Source: Nitrospinales bacterium
Lineage (GTDB): Bacteria; Nitrospinota; Nitrospinia; Nitrospinales; VA-1
Length of the DNA stretch: 64,000 nt
Assembly: GCA_965223795.1 (NCBI GenBank)
Contig: CBDCXL010000002.1
Coordinates: 2,144,001-2,208,000, forward strand
Direction: 5' to 3'
Positions 48,925 to 58,406 of this stretch are shown here, piece after piece. The notes below the pieces were generated by a model, which had not been told where the DNA came from, did no database searches, and saw nothing but the letters and a program-made list of their open reading frames with translations. Made by a program: the position numbers and the translations under genes. Every line of letters begins with the position of its first letter. Position 1 is the stretch's first letter.

Positions 48925-49700
48925 TATGGGTCACAATATCCCGCCGCCGAACTGCGGCTTGTTTTTCTACGGATTTACGGCGCTCCGTCATTTTTCAGCC
49001 CTGTGGATAACTTGTGCAAATCTTCCCGAACGCGGACTCGAGCGTTCAGGAAAAGAAATATTCCCTGCTTTGCCGATGCCATCCAGGATCGGGAAGTGCG
49101 TTTAAATATATGAGTTTCTGGAAAAACCGCAAAAAAGCCGGGAAGAGCGCGGTAAAAAATCTTGACACAATTTAGTTTTCCACACCTCAAAACAGGCACA
49201 GGCCGAACCGCCTCTCAGAGCGTTCTTATGCCGGAATCCCGGCATCAAAAAATTGGCATCCGGTCCTTTCCCTGTGCTATGGGGGCCGCGCCCCATTTCT
49301 ATCCACAAGTTGATCCACGAGGCCGGTTTTACGCGGTGAATGTGATATGAATCACAATCAAAATTTTGACACCCCTTGATCGACCCCTGTTTTGCGGAGA
49401 ACATGGGGATCGAATTTTCTTCGCTTTTTTTTCTTTTTCCTGCCGGGGTTTTGCCGATGAATCCTCTTGAGAGCCTGATCAGATCAAGGGGGAACCGGGC
49501 GGGCAGCCGCCACCCCCTCATTTCGCGGCCTCTTCCAACGCCCTGATTTTTCAAACCTTTTTTCCACAAAGATTGTGAGCAGGTTGTGGAAAAATCTTTG
49601 GAAAACGATTTTATGATAAATGTTATCAATGGCTTAACTTGATTTGATCAATTTCTGTGCAATCCCCGTAACTGTTTGAAAATTAAAATTTTTTAATTTT
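48920..49700. promoter_or_regulatory. DnaA-box cluster with IHF and CRP-like sites (candidate oriC or DnaA-regulatory locus)
   Basis: TGTGGATAA 49002, TGTGCAAAT 49013, TTTTCCACA 49176, CTATCCACA 49299, TGATCCACG 49311, TTTTCCACA 49560, TGTGGAAAA 49585, TTTGGAAAA 49597; IHF consensus TATCAATGGCTTA 49624-49636; AT-rich tract to about 49700. Confidence 0.7.
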
Positions 49701-49928
49701 CGCGATTTCCGGGGCCTTCATTTTATGGAATTTCCGGCTGCGGGCGGTGCTTTGAAATTTTTTTCTCCGATTCGGGTGGCGCTCCACGACCCGGCCGGCA
49801 CGAAACACGGGACGCCGATGGCAAAACGAATTTATCGGCACCGCGATTTAAAGTATATCTTTCTTTATCAGTTATTTACGTTGGCCGGCGGGGGAGAGGC
49901 CGATTATTTTCTGCTACAATGAGCGGCG

Positions 49929-51029
49929 ATGATCGATCGTAAATGGACAAGCAATTTCAGCTGGTGGCTGCTGGCCCTGGTTCTGGTCGTGGCGGTCCTC
50001 GGCGTCGTGATCATCTACAGCGCCAACCACGGCCGCCCGGAAGCGTTTTTCCGCAATCTGTACATCAAGCAGATCTACTGGATCCTGTACGGCCTGGTGC
50101 TGATGGTCCTGGGCATCGTGGTGGACTACCGCTATCTCAGCCGGTACGCCTACCTCATCTATGCCGTCACGGTGCTGGCGCTCATTTACGTTCTTTTCTA
50201 TGGCACGGTGACTTCCGGCGCGCGCCGCTGGATCACGATTGGATCGGTGAGCATCCAGGTCTCGGAGTTCGCCAAGATCGCGCTCATTATCGGGCTGGCA
50301 AAATACTTCGAAACCGGCAAGCTGCAGGGACAGTTCGAATTCAAAAACCTCATCGTCCCCGCACTGCTGACGGCCATCATCGGGATTCTGATCGGCAGCC
50401 AGCCGGACCTGGGCACGGCCATCATGGTGTTTCTCATCTTTCTGGTGTTCGTCACCGCGATCGAGTTCGATTCCCGTTCCCTGGCCAAACTGTTCGGCGC
50501 CGGAGTGGTGCTCGCGCCGCTGACCTGGTTCATCCTCAAGGACTATCAGAAATCCCGCCTGCTGACGCTGTTCAATCCGGATATGGACCCGCTGGGCGCG
50601 GGCTACCACACGATCCAGTCGAAAATCGCCATCGGGTCGGGCGGCTTCTGGGGCAAGGGCTTCTTCGCCGGAACGCAGAGCCGGTTGAACTTTCTGCCGG
50701 AAAAACACACCGATTTCATCTTTTCGGTGTTCGCCGAGGAAGCGGGTTTCTTCGGCGTGGTCATTCTGCTGTCGCTGTACCTGATCATCATCCTCAAGGG
50801 CCTCAACATCGCCTTCCGCGCGGCGGACCGGTTCGGCCTGTTTCTGGCTCTGGGGATCGTCAGTTCGATCACCTTCTACGTGATCTTCAACATCGGCATG
50901 ACCATCGGCCTGTTTCCGGTCACCGGGCTGCCGCTGCCGCTCATGAGCTATGGAGGCTCTTCTCTGGTCACCAACTTTTTCGCGATCGGCCTGCTGTTGA
51001 ACATCGAAATGCGGCGCACGCTCTCCTGA
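49929..51029 (+). CDS. rodA: Rod shape-determining SEDS protein RodA
   Basis: GARRWI, QVSEFAK, QPDLGT, GYHTIQSKIAIGSGG, LPEKHTDFIF, SYGGSS. Confidence 0.95.
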   Translation: MIDRKWTSNFSWWLLALVLVVAVLGVVIIYSANHGRPEAFFRNLYIKQIYWILYGLVLMVLGIVVDYRYLSRYAYLIYAVTVLALIYVLFYGTVTSGARRWITIGSVSIQVSEFAKIALIIGLAKYFETGKLQGQFEFKNLIVPALLTAIIGILIGSQPDLGTAIMVFLIFLVFVTAIEFDSRSLAKLFGAGVVLAPLTWFILKDYQKSRLLTLFNPDMDPLGAGYHTIQSKIAIGSGGFWGKGFFAGTQSRLNFLPEKHTDFIFSVFAEEAGFFGVVILLSLYLIIILKGLNIAFRAADRFGLFLALGIVSSITFYVIFNIGMTIGLFPVTGLPLPLMSYGGSSLVTNFFAIGLLLNIEMRRTLS

Positions 51030-51230
51030 CGTCCGCCCGGGCGCCGGACCGCAAGCTTTTCTCCACATTCTGAAATACATGGTATAATTTTCGATTCAAA
51101 CCACATCCCCCTATGTCGTTTGAAATCTTCGCAGGAGAGAATGCACAGCAACGGTTTATCTCCCTGCGGAATCGTGGATCCGGCCTTTCTCGCGGAAGGG
51201 CCCTCGCGTCGATCGTGGAATCAGCGGCAG

Positions 51231-52763
51231 ATGATATCTGAGATCCTCATCAACTCCAATCCCCGGGAAATCCGCGTTGCGCTGGTGGAAAACAACCAGC
51301 TGGTGGAGCTGTTCATCGAGCACAAGGCGAACAAGGGCATCGTCGGCAACATCTACAAAGGCAAAGTGACGAAAATCCTGCCGGGCATGCAGGTGGCCTT
51401 CGTGGACATCGGCCTGGAGAAAGCCGGTTTCCTGTACGTGGGCGACATCGACGTGCTCGACATGCTGGATCTGGATGAGAGCGACGAAAACGGCCTCCCC
51501 CTGGCCGAGGAACCGCCCAAGGATGAAGGGGACGGGGAGTCCCGGCCGCCCGGACACGAGATCCCCATTCAGGATCTTTTGAAGGAAGGTCAGGAGATCA
51601 TGATCCAGGTGGCGAAAAACCCGCTCGGCACCAAGGGGCCGCGCATCACCACCTTCATCAGTCTGCCGGGGCGCTACCTGGTCTACATGCCGACGGTGAA
51701 CCACATCAACGTCTCCCGCCGCATCGAAGACGAAACCGAAAAAGAGCGGCTCAAGACCCTGGTGGGGGAGATCGGCAAACCGGGCGAGGGTTACATCGTG
51801 CGCACGGCCGGTCAGGGCTGCCAGAAGGAGGATTTCGAGTCGGACCTCAACTTCCTGCACCGTCTCTGGGACAAGCTCAAGGTCAAATCGGAAAACTCGG
51901 TTCCCAACCGCCTGCTGTACGAGGACCTGAATCTCATTTTCCGCTCCATCCGCGATCTGTTCACCAAGGACGTGCAGCGGCTGGTGATCGATTCGAAAGA
52001 GGATTACGAGCAGTGCGTCGAGTTCTGTTCCAATTTTCTGCCCCACCTCGCCGACAAGATCGAGCTGCACGACGCGCCCATCCCTATCTTCGAGCACCGC
52101 GGCATCGAGATCGACATCAACCGCGCGCTCGACCGCAAGGTGTGGCTGAAGTCCGGCGGCTACATCTCCATCGACCAGACCGAGGCGCTGGTGGCCATCG
52201 ACGTGAACACGGGCAAGTTCGTCGGGCACAGCGATCCGGAGGAGACCATCCTCAAGACCAACCTCGAGGCGGTCAAGGAGATCGTCTACCAGCTTAGGCT
52301 GCGCAACATCGGCGGCATCATCATCGTCGATTTCATCGACATGGCGCGCGAGGAAAGCAAGGAGATCGTGTGGAACGCGCTCAGCCAGGCGCTCAAGGGC
52401 GACCGCTCGCGCACCAAGATCCTCAAGATTTCCGAGCTGGGGCTAGCCGAGATGACGCGCAAGCGCGTGCGCGAGAGCCTGGTGCAGACGCTGTGCGATC
52501 CCTGCTCCTACTGTGAGGGCAAGGGTTACATCAAATCCACCGTCACGGTGTGCTACGAGATCATCCGCGAGATCCAGCGCCTGGTGGCCAACGACCCCAA
52601 CCCGAAAACCATCAAGGTGGAAGTGCACCCCGCCATTCACGATCTGATGTACGAGGAGGAATCCTCCTTCATCGAAGAGATCGAGGAAAAATACGACATC
52701 AAGCTGGTGTTCGAGATCAACCCCAAGCGGCATCAGGAAAACTACCACATCGAATCGCTTTGA
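51231..52763 (+). CDS. rng: Ribonuclease G (Rne/Rng family)
   Basis: GNIYKGKV...GMQVAFVDIG, IDVNTG, RLRNIGGIIIVDFIDM, CSYCEGKG. Confidence 0.93.
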   Translation: MISEILINSNPREIRVALVENNQLVELFIEHKANKGIVGNIYKGKVTKILPGMQVAFVDIGLEKAGFLYVGDIDVLDMLDLDESDENGLPLAEEPPKDEGDGESRPPGHEIPIQDLLKEGQEIMIQVAKNPLGTKGPRITTFISLPGRYLVYMPTVNHINVSRRIEDETEKERLKTLVGEIGKPGEGYIVRTAGQGCQKEDFESDLNFLHRLWDKLKVKSENSVPNRLLYEDLNLIFRSIRDLFTKDVQRLVIDSKEDYEQCVEFCSNFLPHLADKIELHDAPIPIFEHRGIEIDINRALDRKVWLKSGGYISIDQTEALVAIDVNTGKFVGHSDPEETILKTNLEAVKEIVYQLRLRNIGGIIIVDFIDMAREESKEIVWNALSQALKGDRSRTKILKISELGLAEMTRKRVRESLVQTLCDPCSYCEGKGYIKSTVTVCYEIIREIQRLVANDPNPKTIKVEVHPAIHDLMYEEESSFIEEIEEKYDIKLVFEINPKRHQENYHIESL

Positions 52764-53026
52764 CACGCCTCGCTCCGCGTGCATCCCCGAATGGGTCCTT
52801 CTGCTGCGGGTCTTCCTTGTTTTTGCGGCGATAATTTTTTTCACCCCACCGCGTCCGCGTGTTAAGATTAGCTTTTTCAAAGAGACGGCTCATTGCGGAA
52901 ACCGGTCCGCTGAATGCGCGAAACAGGCCGGGTGGTTTGGGGCCGGCGTTTCCGCATCGCTGTCACTGGAAAACGCCTCCCGATCGGACGCAACGCCACG
53001 GGAGGGCCTCAAGAAGGGAGGAGACG

Positions 53027-53350
53027 ATGAAAGCAACGTGGTTCGGGTTCGCCGGTCTATTGTCTGGATTCCTGTTGATCTCAGGATGCGGAACCACCGG
53101 CAAGGAGTTCGACGAAACGCGGGTCGAAAACATCGTGAACGGAACCACCACCCAGGACCAGGTGGAGGAGTTGTTCGGTCCTCCGTTCAAGAAAGGCGTC
53201 CTGAACGGCAGGCCCATCTGGGTTTACGAATACAACAAATACATGGCCCTGGGCGACGACACGTCCAAGGACCTGGTGATCGTGTTCGAGGACACGGGCG
53301 TGGTGCGGTCGCACCAGTTCATGAGCGACAAGGGCGCGGCCGGTCCGTGA
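53027..53350 (+). CDS. Small lipoprotein, BamE/SmpA-like
   Basis: GGAGG SD, lipobox ISGC, GTTTQDQVEELFGPP...WVY...LVIVFEDTGVV. Confidence 0.75.
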   Translation: MKATWFGFAGLLSGFLLISGCGTTGKEFDETRVENIVNGTTTQDQVEELFGPPFKKGVLNGRPIWVYEYNKYMALGDDTSKDLVIVFEDTGVVRSHQFMSDKGAAGP

Positions 53351-53376
53351 CGCTTCCTTCCGTTATTTCTTCCTGA

Positions 53377-54792
53377 ATGTTCGGTTTCAGCAGCAAGCAG
53401 CAAAGCGTCCTGCACTTGACGTGGGCCGCTTTTTTTTTGACCTTCATGGCCTGGTTCAACATGGCGCCGTTCAACACGACGATCATGCGCCAGACCGGGC
53501 TGACCGCCCAGCAGATCGACATCCTGATGATCAGCAACGTGGTGCTGACGATCCCGGCGCGCATCGTCATCGGCACGCTCGCCGACCGCTTCGGCCCGCG
53601 GCGGGTGTTCTGCGGGCTTTTGCTGTTCGCTTCCTTCGTGTGCCTGCACTTCGCGCTGGCCGTCCGGTTCACCGACTTTCTCGTGTCGCGTCTGCTGATG
53701 GGCATCGTCGGCGGCGGCTTCGTGGTCGGCATCAAGATGATCGCCGAATGGTTCCCGCCGGAAAAGATGGGCACGGCGCAGGGGATCTACGCGGGCTGGG
53801 GCAATTTCGGCGCGGCCGCGGCGGCGTTCACGCTGCCTCCCGTCGCGCTGCTGTTTCCCGAGGAGACCGGCTGGCGCATGGCCTCGGGCTTCACCGGCAT
53901 GCTGTGCCTGTTCTGGGCCTTCGTGTATTTCCGCTTCGCGGAGGAATCGCGCAACGCAGGGGCCGCCACGCCGTTCAGCCTGCTGCACGCCATCGAGGTC
54001 ACCTCGCGCAAGGACGTGTTCCTGCAGATCCTGCTGATGCTGCCTTTGTACGGCGCGGTGGCGGTGCTGCTGTGGAAACTTTCCGGCCACCCGCTGTCGC
54101 TGCTTCCGGCGTCCGTGTCGAACGGTCTGTACGTTCTGATCGGCGGGCTCTTTATTCTGAGTGCGGCCGAGTGCGTCCGCAGAAACCGCGCCGTGTTCAC
54201 TGGCGAGGGTGCGAAGGATCGACCCTACGCCTTCCAGCAGATCTTCATCCTCAGCCTGGTGTACGCGCTCACGTTTGGATCGGCGCTGGCGGTGATCTCG
54301 ATGTTTCCGGAATTTCTGCAGTCGACCTTTTCGTTGTCGGTGACGGCCGCCGGAATTTTTGCTTCCAGTTTTGCCTTCATGAACCTGGTGGGACGGCCGG
54401 CCGGGGGATGGCTTTCCGATCGCTTCGGCCGCAGGCGGACGCTCGTTTTCCTGGTGGCCGGCGCACTGGTCTGTTACTTCCTGATGGGAGGGATCTCGGC
54501 ATCCTGGCCGCTTGGCTGGGTGGTCGGCCTGTCCATCGCCTGCTCCTTGTTCCTGCAGGCGGGCAGCGGCGCCTGCTTCGCGGTGGTGCCGCTCGTGCGC
54601 CGCGATCTTGCGGGTAAAATGGCGGGCCTGGCCGGCGCTTACGGCAACGTGGGCGCGGTGTTCTTCCTCACCTTCCTCAGTATGATGAGCGCGCAGGATT
54701 TCTTCCGTGTCATCGGCGCGTACGCGCTTTTGGTGCTGATCGCGCTGGCGTTTCTCAAGCCGCTGGAAAACCCCGATCGGCCGGGAACATAA
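53377..54792 (+). CDS. NarK/NRT2 family nitrate/nitrite MFS transporter
   Basis: AWFNMAP, nitrate signatures GIYAGWGNFG and GLAGAYGNVG, conserved Arg in PARIVIG and GRPAGG. Confidence 0.9.
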   Translation: MFGFSSKQQSVLHLTWAAFFLTFMAWFNMAPFNTTIMRQTGLTAQQIDILMISNVVLTIPARIVIGTLADRFGPRRVFCGLLLFASFVCLHFALAVRFTDFLVSRLLMGIVGGGFVVGIKMIAEWFPPEKMGTAQGIYAGWGNFGAAAAAFTLPPVALLFPEETGWRMASGFTGMLCLFWAFVYFRFAEESRNAGAATPFSLLHAIEVTSRKDVFLQILLMLPLYGAVAVLLWKLSGHPLSLLPASVSNGLYVLIGGLFILSAAECVRRNRAVFTGEGAKDRPYAFQQIFILSLVYALTFGSALAVISMFPEFLQSTFSLSVTAAGIFASSFAFMNLVGRPAGGWLSDRFGRRRTLVFLVAGALVCYFLMGGISASWPLGWVVGLSIACSLFLQAGSGACFAVVPLVRRDLAGKMAGLAGAYGNVGAVFFLTFLSMMSAQDFFRVIGAYALLVLIALAFLKPLENPDRPGT

Positions 54793-54803
54793 AACTTTTC
54801 TTT

Positions 54804-57383
54804 TTACTCCACACGCACCGCCTCGATGGGATTGAGCCGCGCCGCGAGCCGCGCCGGAACCAGTCCGGACAGCAGCGCCACGCCCCAGAAAAACACGGTC
54901 GAGCCGAACAGAAACCCGAGCGGAAAATGCACCTGGATGGTCCAGCCGAAGGACTGCTTGTTGATGACGAAGATCAAAATGTAGGACACCACCACGCCCG
55001 CCACGAGTCCCAGGACGGTGCCGACGCCGCCGAGGATGCCCGCCTCCAATAAAACGATGCGCCTCAGCTGGTGCCGGAACGCGCCGAGGAACCTCAGGAT
55101 GCCCATCTCGCGCCGGCGTTCCAGGATCAGCGAGATCAGCGTGTTGAACAGGCCCAGCACGGCGACCCCCACGGCGATGATCTCAAGCGAATAGGTGATG
55201 GCGAAGGTGCGGTCGAATACTTCCAGCACGTCTTTCTTGAGCTGGGCGTTGGAGCGGATGATGAGCTTGTAGTCTTTGCCCAGGCCGCCGATGATCTGGC
55301 TGCGCACGCTTTCGAGCTGCGATTTGTCCTCAAGATAGACGATGAAGCTGTTGACGTCCGGGTCGCGGTAGTGTTTGAGAAAGGTCGTGCGGTCGATGAT
55401 GATGTAGCCGCGCTCGCGCGAATAATCGTAGTACACGCCGACGATCTCAAGATCCAGCGCGCCGCCGGGCGTTTTGAGAGACAGCCGGCCGCCTTCCTTG
55501 ACATTGTGCCGGAGCGCGAAGGCTTCGGACACGATGGCGCGGTTCTGGTTCACCAGGTGTCGGTCGAGTTCCTGCGCGGGCGGGCCGGTCTTGATGACGA
55601 GGTTGCCCAGGCGGGACAGCACCGTGAAATCGCCGGTGCCGAGCACCGCGGGCAGGTCGTTGTGGGTGATGTCGAGGGCGCGGAAGCGGTCGATGGCGGC
55701 GACGCCGTCGATCTTTTTCAAGGCTTCAATGCGCTCGTCGGGCAGGGTGTACTGGTAATCGATGTCCCTGCCGCCGGCGACGCGCACGAACAGGTCGGCG
55801 CGCAGGGTCTGGCCGATCCAGAAGATGACGGTCTGGCGGAAACTGTGCACCATGATCGACATGCTGATCACCATCATGAAGGCGATGGCGAGGGACGACA
55901 CGGCGAGCGCGTTGCGGCCGACGTTCTGCGACAGGTTCATGCAGGCCAGCAGCCCTTCGCCGCCGAAATATTTTTTGAAGGGCTTGTGCAGCAGGCGGCG
56001 CGCCAGAAGCATCGCCGAGGGAGCGAGCAGCGACAGTCCGAGGATCACCAGGAACACCGACAAAAAACCGAAGTAAGGAAAATGATCGATGGCGGGCAGC
56101 GTGGAAGCCAGGGCGGCGGCGGCCAGGGTGGCGCAGGCCAGCAGGTTGAGCCGTCTGCTGCCGCGGAACAGCTTGAGGTCGTAGCTGCCGCGCCGCATGA
56201 CGGAAGTGGGCGAGGTGTTGGCCGCATCGAGGGCGGGCAGGAGCGCCGAGGCCACGGAAAGCCCGACGCCCAGGACGAAATAGGGCCCCATGCGGTCCCA
56301 GTGGAATGCCACTTCGCGCACGTAGCTGGGCGTGTACAGGTGGTTGATGGTGAGGGAGACCGCTTCCAGGGAAAACTGCGCGAAATAATAGCCCAGGCCG
56401 ATGCCCAGCAGCGATCCGACGGCGCCGATGATGCCCGCTTCCAGGAAAAACAGCAGCGCAATGAGTTTGGGCGTAGCGCCGAGGGCGCGCAGGGTGCCGA
56501 TCTCGACGCGGCGGCGCACGACGGACAGCGCGATCATGTTGTAGATGAGATACAGCGCCACCAGAAGCGCGACGAAGCTCAGCGCGGTGAGGTTGTACTG
56601 AAACGCCTTGAGCATCTTTTCCACCTGCTGGTTCTTGCGCTGCGGCCGCTCGATCCGCAGGTGTTCGGGAAACAGCGGCGCCAGCCGGTCGCGCATGGCG
56701 TCGAAGTTCTTGTCCTGGAGAAATTCCAGGTCGATGCGGTCGAGTTTGCCCAGTTTTCCCAAAGCCAGCTGCGCCGCGGCGATGTCCATCATGGCGAAGT
56801 TGCCGTTGAGCGCCTTGGCGAGGCCCTTGTTTTCCAGAATGGCGGTGACGGTGAGCTGCTTTTCCTGACCGTTGATGAGAAATTGAATGGTATCGCCCGG
56901 CTGAAACCGCGTACCGGGGATGAACCGCTCCGGCAGCACGATGCCTTTGGGATCGAGGATGATGGGGATCAGGCCCCGGAGTCCTTCATCGGTGGTCTTG
57001 AGGGAGAAATCGCGGATGCCGCTGTCCTGCAAAAGGTCGGTGCCGATGATCTCCACCACCTCGCCGGTGGTGGACTCGACGCCGTAGCCCTCGATCACCG
57101 GGTAGCCCTTCACCCATTCGCGGTGTTCGTTGAGTTTTTCGAACAGGGTCTCGTCGAACGGCATGCCCTCGGCGCGGATCACCGCGTCGGCGCGGCCGAG
57201 CACCAGATCGACGCTTTCCTGGAACGAGGACAGGGTCTGCTCGTTGGCGAGGCGGATGCTCAGAAACACGGCCACGCCGATGGCGACGCCGACGATGGTG
57301 ATGCCGGTGCGGAACGGATCGCGCAGCATCGGGCGCAGGATGAGTGCCGCGAACAGATCCTTGAAGTAGAACAGAAAGTGCAT
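54804..57383 (-). CDS. ABC transporter permease (MacB/FtsX-like, duplicated)
   Basis: Two repeats of periplasmic domain plus RRxEIGxLRxLGA FtsX motif. Confidence 0.9.
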   Translation of the reverse strand: MHFLFYFKDLFAALILRPMLRDPFRTGITIVGVAIGVAVFLSIRLANEQTLSSFQESVDLVLGRADAVIRAEGMPFDETLFEKLNEHREWVKGYPVIEGYGVESTTGEVVEIIGTDLLQDSGIRDFSLKTTDEGLRGLIPIILDPKGIVLPERFIPGTRFQPGDTIQFLINGQEKQLTVTAILENKGLAKALNGNFAMMDIAAAQLALGKLGKLDRIDLEFLQDKNFDAMRDRLAPLFPEHLRIERPQRKNQQVEKMLKAFQYNLTALSFVALLVALYLIYNMIALSVVRRRVEIGTLRALGATPKLIALLFFLEAGIIGAVGSLLGIGLGYYFAQFSLEAVSLTINHLYTPSYVREVAFHWDRMGPYFVLGVGLSVASALLPALDAANTSPTSVMRRGSYDLKLFRGSRRLNLLACATLAAAALASTLPAIDHFPYFGFLSVFLVILGLSLLAPSAMLLARRLLHKPFKKYFGGEGLLACMNLSQNVGRNALAVSSLAIAFMMVISMSIMVHSFRQTVIFWIGQTLRADLFVRVAGGRDIDYQYTLPDERIEALKKIDGVAAIDRFRALDITHNDLPAVLGTGDFTVLSRLGNLVIKTGPPAQELDRHLVNQNRAIVSEAFALRHNVKEGGRLSLKTPGGALDLEIVGVYYDYSRERGYIIIDRTTFLKHYRDPDVNSFIVYLEDKSQLESVRSQIIGGLGKDYKLIIRSNAQLKKDVLEVFDRTFAITYSLEIIAVGVAVLGLFNTLISLILERRREMGILRFLGAFRHQLRRIVLLEAGILGGVGTVLGLVAGVVVSYILIFVINKQSFGWTIQVHFPLGFLFGSTVFFWGVALLSGLVPARLAARLNPIEAVRVE

Positions 57384-57387
57384 TGGC

Positions 57388-58092
57388 TCAAGTAGCGGGC
57401 GGATATTCGGAGGTGGTCAGGCGGCCGTCGCGGATCTCGAAGTGGCGGTTGCCGTAGGTGGCGATCTGCGGGTTGTGGGTGACGACCACCAGGGTGGTGT
57501 GGAATTCTCTGGCGATCTTCTGCATCAGCTCCAGAATGCGGATGCCGTTTTCCGAGTCCAGGTTGCCGGTGGGTTCGTCGGCCAGCAACAAGGCGGGCTG
57601 ATGCACCAGCGCACGGGCGATGGCGACGCGCTGCATCTCGCCGCCGGAGAGTTCGGCGGGGACGGATTGGGCCCGATCCAGAAGCCCGACGTAGTCCAGC
57701 AGTTCGCCGATGCGGGCCTGCCGCTTACGGGAAGACAGGCTCAACAGCAGGGGCAGCTCGACGTTTTCCCACAACGTGAGCGTGGGCAGCAGGTTGAAAA
57801 ACTGGAACACGAAGCCGATGGCGCTGCGGCGCAGTTCGGTGAGTTCCTGGTCGGTCATGTGCGAGATCAGCCGGCCGTCGAAATGGATCTCGCCTGCATC
57901 GGGCGTGTCGAGGCCGCCGATGCAGTTGAGCAGCGTGGTTTTGCCGCCGCCGCTCGGCCCCATGACGGTGACGAAATCGCCGCGCCGCATTTCCAGGTTG
58001 ATGTCCTGCAATGCGGTGACGCGGGCGGTGCCGGTTTCGTAGTGTTTGCTCACGTTGACGAAGCGGACGATGGGCGTTTGGGATGCGGTCAT
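57388..58092 (-). CDS. ABC transporter ATP-binding protein (LolD/MacB type)
   Basis: GPSGGGKTT, FQFFNL, LSGGEMQRVAIARA, ADEPTGNLD. Confidence 0.93.
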   Translation of the reverse strand: MTASQTPIVRFVNVSKHYETGTARVTALQDINLEMRRGDFVTVMGPSGGGKTTLLNCIGGLDTPDAGEIHFDGRLISHMTDQELTELRRSAIGFVFQFFNLLPTLTLWENVELPLLLSLSSRKRQARIGELLDYVGLLDRAQSVPAELSGGEMQRVAIARALVHQPALLLADEPTGNLDSENGIRILELMQKIAREFHTTLVVVTHNPQIATYGNRHFEIRDGRLTTSEYPPAT

Positions 58093-58406
58093 GCCGTTCC
58101 TGTATTGAAAGCGTTGCTGTGTTGCGGAGTTGTGAGTCGCCGCCGAAGCGCAAACCCGTTGTCTTGTGTTTTCAACATACCGGCTTTCGTGCAAGGCGCG
58201 ATAAAAAACGTTTTCAGATTTTACCTGAGGTGGCTCAAAAATTGATATCTCTTTGATATTTAATTGGAAATTTTTTCAGCCCGGGCTTTTCCCTAAGCCA
58301 TCACTTTAAGTCTCGGCGCCGCCGCTGCCGCCGCTGCCCGGCGGCCGCCCCATTGCGCGCACGCGGGCTTTGTGCTACTTATGGTTTTTTCAAACGCGGG
58401 GAACTC

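Noticed and set aside
49102..49629. 175-aa minus-strand ORF in the rluD-rodA gap
   Set aside because: Atypical composition, no motif, and it overlaps the DnaA-box cluster; probably spurious.
52960..53010. GGACGCAACGCCACGGG resembling the c-di-GMP-I riboswitch core
   Set aside because: It lacks the GNRA-capped P2 stem and the rest of the consensus; only a simple CCTCCC/GGGAGG hairpin is evident.
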